In this document: positions 60,810-64,000 of the stretch, piece after piece
Layout of the letters: each line of letters opens with the position of its first letter
Position numbering within the stretch: the stretch's first letter is position 1
Assembly (NCBI GenBank): GCA_047602425.1
Contig: JASGHG010000001.1
Span: 3,488,001-3,552,000 of the forward strand
Direction of reading: 5' to 3'
Source of the DNA: Nibricoccus sp.
GTDB lineage: Bacteria; Verrucomicrobiota; Verrucomicrobiia; Opitutales; Opitutaceae
DNA length: 64,000 nucleotides
Translations under genes and position numbers: made by a program
Notes under the pieces: generated by a model
Seen by the model: only the letters and a program-made list of their open reading frames with translations
The model's database searches: none
What the model was told of the DNA's origin: nothing

Positions 60810-62102
60810 TTATTTTGCCAAAACCGGGGCTTCGCGGCCTTTCGCGCTGCGGAATTCTTCGACGTAGCGCTCCAGTTCCTCGATGGCTCGGGCGGGACCA
60901 TTTTCTGAAAGTAAAACGGCTTGAACCCTGGCGGCATTTTGCTCGTGAGCGGGATTGGCGAGAAGCCGGTCGAGCGCACTGCGCAGGAGTTCGGGCCACC
61001 GTTTGCGGTTGGCGAGGCGAAAACCGCATCCAAGACGTTCGACTTCGCTGCCGAAGAAATTCTGATCACCGATGTGCGGGACGACGATTTGAGGTTTGCC
61101 GGCGTGGAGCGCGCTGGCGGTGGTACCAGCCCCGCCGTGATGCACGATGGCCGAAGCGTGGCGGAAAAGCTGATCGTGGGAAACTTTCCCGATGACCTTG
61201 ATATGGCCGTCTTCGGCGAGCGCCGGAAATTGAGCCCAGCCGCGTTGAACGATGATCTTGCGATCGCGCGGCCAGGCGCGGAGGAAGCGTTCCATCATCC
61301 CGCCGGGGTTGTCATATACCATGCTGCCGAAAGTGATCACGGGGACTTTTTCTCCCGCGCAGAAGGAATTGAGTTCCGCGTCCAGCCTGGCATCCGCGGG
61401 GGCCTGCCAGCGGCAATAACCGGTGAAACGGAAACGCGGATCGAACTCCGCATGAGGCGGACGTAGTATTTTTTCGGATACGGCAACGATCACGCGATCG
61501 GCGGGTTCGGAGAAAAAGCCTCGAACCTTGGGCAGGCCGGCGGCGCGCAAATCGTCATGAATGGTTTGGTTAATCGCGCGATCGACGATGGCATTACCCA
61601 CTTTCCAGAGCCAACGGTTCCAGGCACGACGGGTGTTCCGGCCCAGCCATTGAGGCGAGGGGACATTTTCCGGCGGATAGTCGGGTGACGGGATTGCGTG
61701 CGGGGCGAAGGCAATCGTGGCAAAAGGCACGCCGCGGCGGTCGGCGATACTCTTGTTCATTGGGAAAAGATAGGACGAAACGAGCAGGTCGGCCGTGGCG
61801 AGCGCGGCGTCCATGCGCGCGATCATCTCGGGAATGTAGGCCTTGGCGCCGACGTAGATCTCGCGCAACTGGTAAATCGGCGTTCGGATTTTTTGCAGGC
61901 GGCCCATCCAATAGCTGAGATCGGCCTGTTCCCAATTGGGACAAAGCGGACAGACTTCGATGCCGGCGGCTTCGATCTCGCTTTGGTAATGGGGAATGGT
62001 TGCGAAGCGGACCGAGTGGCCGGCTTTTTGCATGGCGACCGCCAATGCAATGACTGGATAAATGTCTCCGGTGGAGCCGTGCGAGGTGAGGATGACGCGC
62101 AT
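60810..62102 (-). CDS. GT1-type (GT-B) glycosyltransferase
   Basis: GSTGDIYP, FGSM, HHGGAGT, GDQ. Confidence 0.9.
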   Translation of the reverse strand: MRVILTSHGSTGDIYPVIALAVAMQKAGHSVRFATIPHYQSEIEAAGIEVCPLCPNWEQADLSYWMGRLQKIRTPIYQLREIYVGAKAYIPEMIARMDAALATADLLVSSYLFPMNKSIADRRGVPFATIAFAPHAIPSPDYPPENVPSPQWLGRNTRRAWNRWLWKVGNAIVDRAINQTIHDDLRAAGLPKVRGFFSEPADRVIVAVSEKILRPPHAEFDPRFRFTGYCRWQAPADARLDAELNSFCAGEKVPVITFGSMVYDNPGGMMERFLRAWPRDRKIIVQRGWAQFPALAEDGHIKVIGKVSHDQLFRHASAIVHHGGAGTTASALHAGKPQIVVPHIGDQNFFGSEVERLGCGFRLANRKRWPELLRSALDRLLANPAHEQNAARVQAVLLSENGPARAIEELERYVEEFRSAKGREAPVLAK

Positions 62103-62269
62103 GTCTTGCGGGAGCGTTGGGTCAAATCACCGTGTAAAGCGAGCCAGAGTTCGCAACGTTTTGGTGACGGGAAAGCGCCTGTTTCTTCGATTGGTTTAAG
62201 GCTAAATGTAATAAATTTGCGAATGCGAAATCGCATGCCAACGTTCCAAATTTTTTTACCTCCAGAAGG

Positions 62270-62285
62270 TTAGGGCCTACCCTAA
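62270..62285. promoter_or_regulatory. Palindromic regulator-site candidate
   Basis: TTAGGG-CCTA-CCCTAA in the AT-rich divergent intergenic region. Confidence 0.35.
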
Positions 62286-62552
62286 TAAACGGTAGGGGCC
62301 TCGATACGGAAGAATGAATATTATAAGATTCGTATTTAAAGCAAGATGCGAATGTCTAAATCGCGTAGATGCATAAGAAGGTTAAGCTACCGACGCGAAA
62401 TATACTAAAAGAGGGCGCTGGAAAGTCAGTTTTACATGAAAATTACTTGCAATAAGGATGCAAATGAGTTCTATTAGTGCCCGTTCAAGACAGCGACGAC
62501 CTCAACACCTCAACCTAAACCAAGTAAAATCCCCCAAATCCAAAACCAGTAT

Positions 62553-62834
62553 ATGACCCCCAATAAAAGCCGCGCCGCGATTAAAAATCTGTTCCGCACA
62601 AGCCTTGTGGTTTGCGTTGGTTTCGGGGTTTCAGCGATGGTTGCGGTTGCCGGTCAGCGCACGACGAGTGTGGTTCCGGTCAATGTGACGGGCGAATATG
62701 CGGCCATGGATCCGGCGGTTTTTGGTTCTTCGTCTGGCCAAGCCAGCATGAAGGCTGCTCCTACGACCTGGTCTTCGCGTTCCAACGTTCGTTGGAATGC
62801 CCGCTGGTCGAATCAGGGGCGTTACTTGGTCTGA
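62553..62834 (+). CDS. Small secreted hypothetical peptide (93 aa)
   Basis: A/C-rich leader before the ATG, signal-like N-terminus, own terminator downstream. Confidence 0.65.
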   Translation: MTPNKSRAAIKNLFRTSLVVCVGFGVSAMVAVAGQRTTSVVPVNVTGEYAAMDPAVFGSSSGQASMKAAPTTWSSRSNVRWNARWSNQGRYLV

Positions 62835-62858
62835 GCGCCAGTTGATCCACACACACTT

Positions 62859-62895
62859 CAAACGCCGCGACCTGAGTCGCGGCGTTTGTGTTTTT
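62859..62895 (+). terminator. Intrinsic terminator after the small peptide gene
   Basis: CAAACGCCGCGAC-CTGA-GTCGCGGCGTTTG followed by TGTTTTT. Confidence 0.8.
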
Positions 62896-62929
62896 AAGGG
62901 GGCGTGAGAGGAGGTTGAGGGGTACTTTC

Positions 62930-62953
62930 GGCCGACGTGGAAGTCGGCCCTCC
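62930..62953 (-). repeat. GGAG-type REP-like palindrome
   Basis: Minus strand reads GGAG-GGCCGAC-TTCCAC-GTCGGCC. Confidence 0.45.
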
Positions 62954-62964
62954 AATTGTGCGCG

Positions 62965-64000
62965 TCAGGCGGAGGCTGCGGAGCGTTTTTGCTCGAAGAG
63001 TTGTTTATCGATCTTGTTGGCGATGATGACGCCGTAGTTAATTGTGCCGAGCCAGCCGGACATGATGATGCCGACGGAGCCGGCGTGGTAGAGGCCGGGC
63101 AATTTATCGGGGAGTTCCATCGAGACTTTTAGTCCTTCGAACTTGGTGCCGAACGACGTGCCGCTCATGTGCGTGGTGTAGCGTTCGATCGTGCGCGGGG
63201 TGGCGGCTTCCATCCAGTCGATCTTGGCGCGGACGTCGGGGATGAATTTTTCGAGGGCGACGAGCGATTCCTCGATCAGGCGCTTTTTGTGGATTTCGTA
63301 TTGTTCGTCCGTGAGCGTCTGCCAGTCGGGATAGCGGCCGTTGAGGGAAACGACGACAGTGTAGCGGTCGGAGCCGGGGCGCGTTTCCGGATAGTAGACG
63401 GAGAACGTACGGCTGGTGGTTTTGAAATCAGTCAGTTCGTGGCTGCTGAATTTCGGCGCCGCTGAGGTGAAAACGAGATCGCCAATGTGCGGGATAGTAT
63501 CACCTTTCCGGATACCGAAGTACACCTGGCAGGAGCTGGAATTGATGCGGACGTTCCGGGCTTCGTCGATGTAGTCGCGCGGGAAATTTTCTTCGCCGCC
63601 CAGCCGGAAGATCGTGTTTTTGATGTTGGCGTTGGAGAGAATGGCTTTTGCGCGGATGATGCGGCCGCCCTTGGCGACGATGCCGGCGGCGACTTTGCGG
63701 CCGTCACGTTCTTCGACGAAGATCTTTTCGACGAGCACGCGTTTGCGGAGTTCGACGCCGTTTTTCTTGAGCTCGGCGGTCATCTTTTCGATGAGCAGGT
63801 CGGAGCCGCCGCGGAAAGTGAAGACCCCGGAACCCATGAAATTCGAGAAGACGATGCCATAAGTGATCGCGGGGTCGTCGAGGGTGGAACCGTTGGCGTA
63901 AGCGATTGGTTCCATGAGCAGGCGGTGCACATCGTCGCGACCGGGGAAGAACCGGTTGAACATTTGGCCGGTCGTCTCTGTGTTGTTGTCGTAATAGTTC
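62965..64000 (-). CDS. Phytoene desaturase-like NAD(P)/FAD oxidoreductase, 5' end outside the window
   Basis: Frame is open to the window edge ([18 protein letters not shown]...); [23 protein letters not shown]...GWLG. Confidence 0.85.
   Translation of the reverse strand, partial: NYYDNNTETTGQMFNRFFPGRDDVHRLLMEPIAYANGSTLDDPAITYGIVFSNFMGSGVFTFRGGSDLLIEKMTAELKKNGVELRKRVLVEKIFVEERDGRKVAAGIVAKGGRIIRAKAILSNANIKNTIFRLGGEENFPRDYIDEARNVRINSSSCQVYFGIRKGDTIPHIGDLVFTSAAPKFSSHELTDFKTTSRTFSVYYPETRPGSDRYTVVVSLNGRYPDWQTLTDEQYEIHKKRLIEESLVALEKFIPDVRAKIDWMEAATPRTIERYTTHMSGTSFGTKFEGLKVSMELPDKLPGLYHAGSVGIIMSGWLGTINYGVIIANKIDKQLFEQKRSAASA

Noticed and set aside
62769..62831. Resemblance of the peptide tail to darobactin/dynobactin cores
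   Set aside because: Only 2-3 residue coincidences, no adjacent radical SAM or transporter genes, and a Sec-like leader; not enough to assign.

Overview
A GC-rich bacterial window whose gene repertoire looks like Verrucomicrobiota/Opitutaceae (inferred from gene content and gene order, not from a database search). The left half (1-32.9 kb) is mostly core genome: a 6S RNA, dapF, tsaE, thiL, a sigma-70 factor, trpE, glmS, glgC, ychF, rpsP-trmD-rplS and tkt. It also holds some unusual genes: a DapF with both catalytic Cys replaced by Ser, a membrane pseudokinase, a secreted protein with four TonB-C domains, and a protease/hypothetical/FG-GAP operon preceded by a long RNA-like hairpin. At 33.0-34.7 kb there is a nested mobile-element cluster: an IS630 whose right inverted repeat is split by an IS200-type Y1 element, followed by an IS630-type MITE carrying a GTAG REP-like palindrome. 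Next comes a MarR-RND-TolC efflux operon whose permease has an extra hydrophobic insert. From 41.5 to 60.6 kb lies a pectin/RG-II-like polysaccharide utilisation locus (GH141-like, TonB-dependent receptor, two PL1 lyases with one frameshifted, GH95, DUF3826-like, Tat-exported TIM barrel). It has no SusD. Two AT-rich, tandem TMTC-like GT-C/TPR genes are translationally coupled to its CAZymes, and this pairing is the best candidate here for an undescribed system. The window ends with a tRNA(CAT), a GT1 glycosyltransferase, a stand-alone small secreted Trp/Arg-rich peptide gene and a partial phytoene-desaturase-like gene. No CRISPR array, rRNA or prophage was seen.
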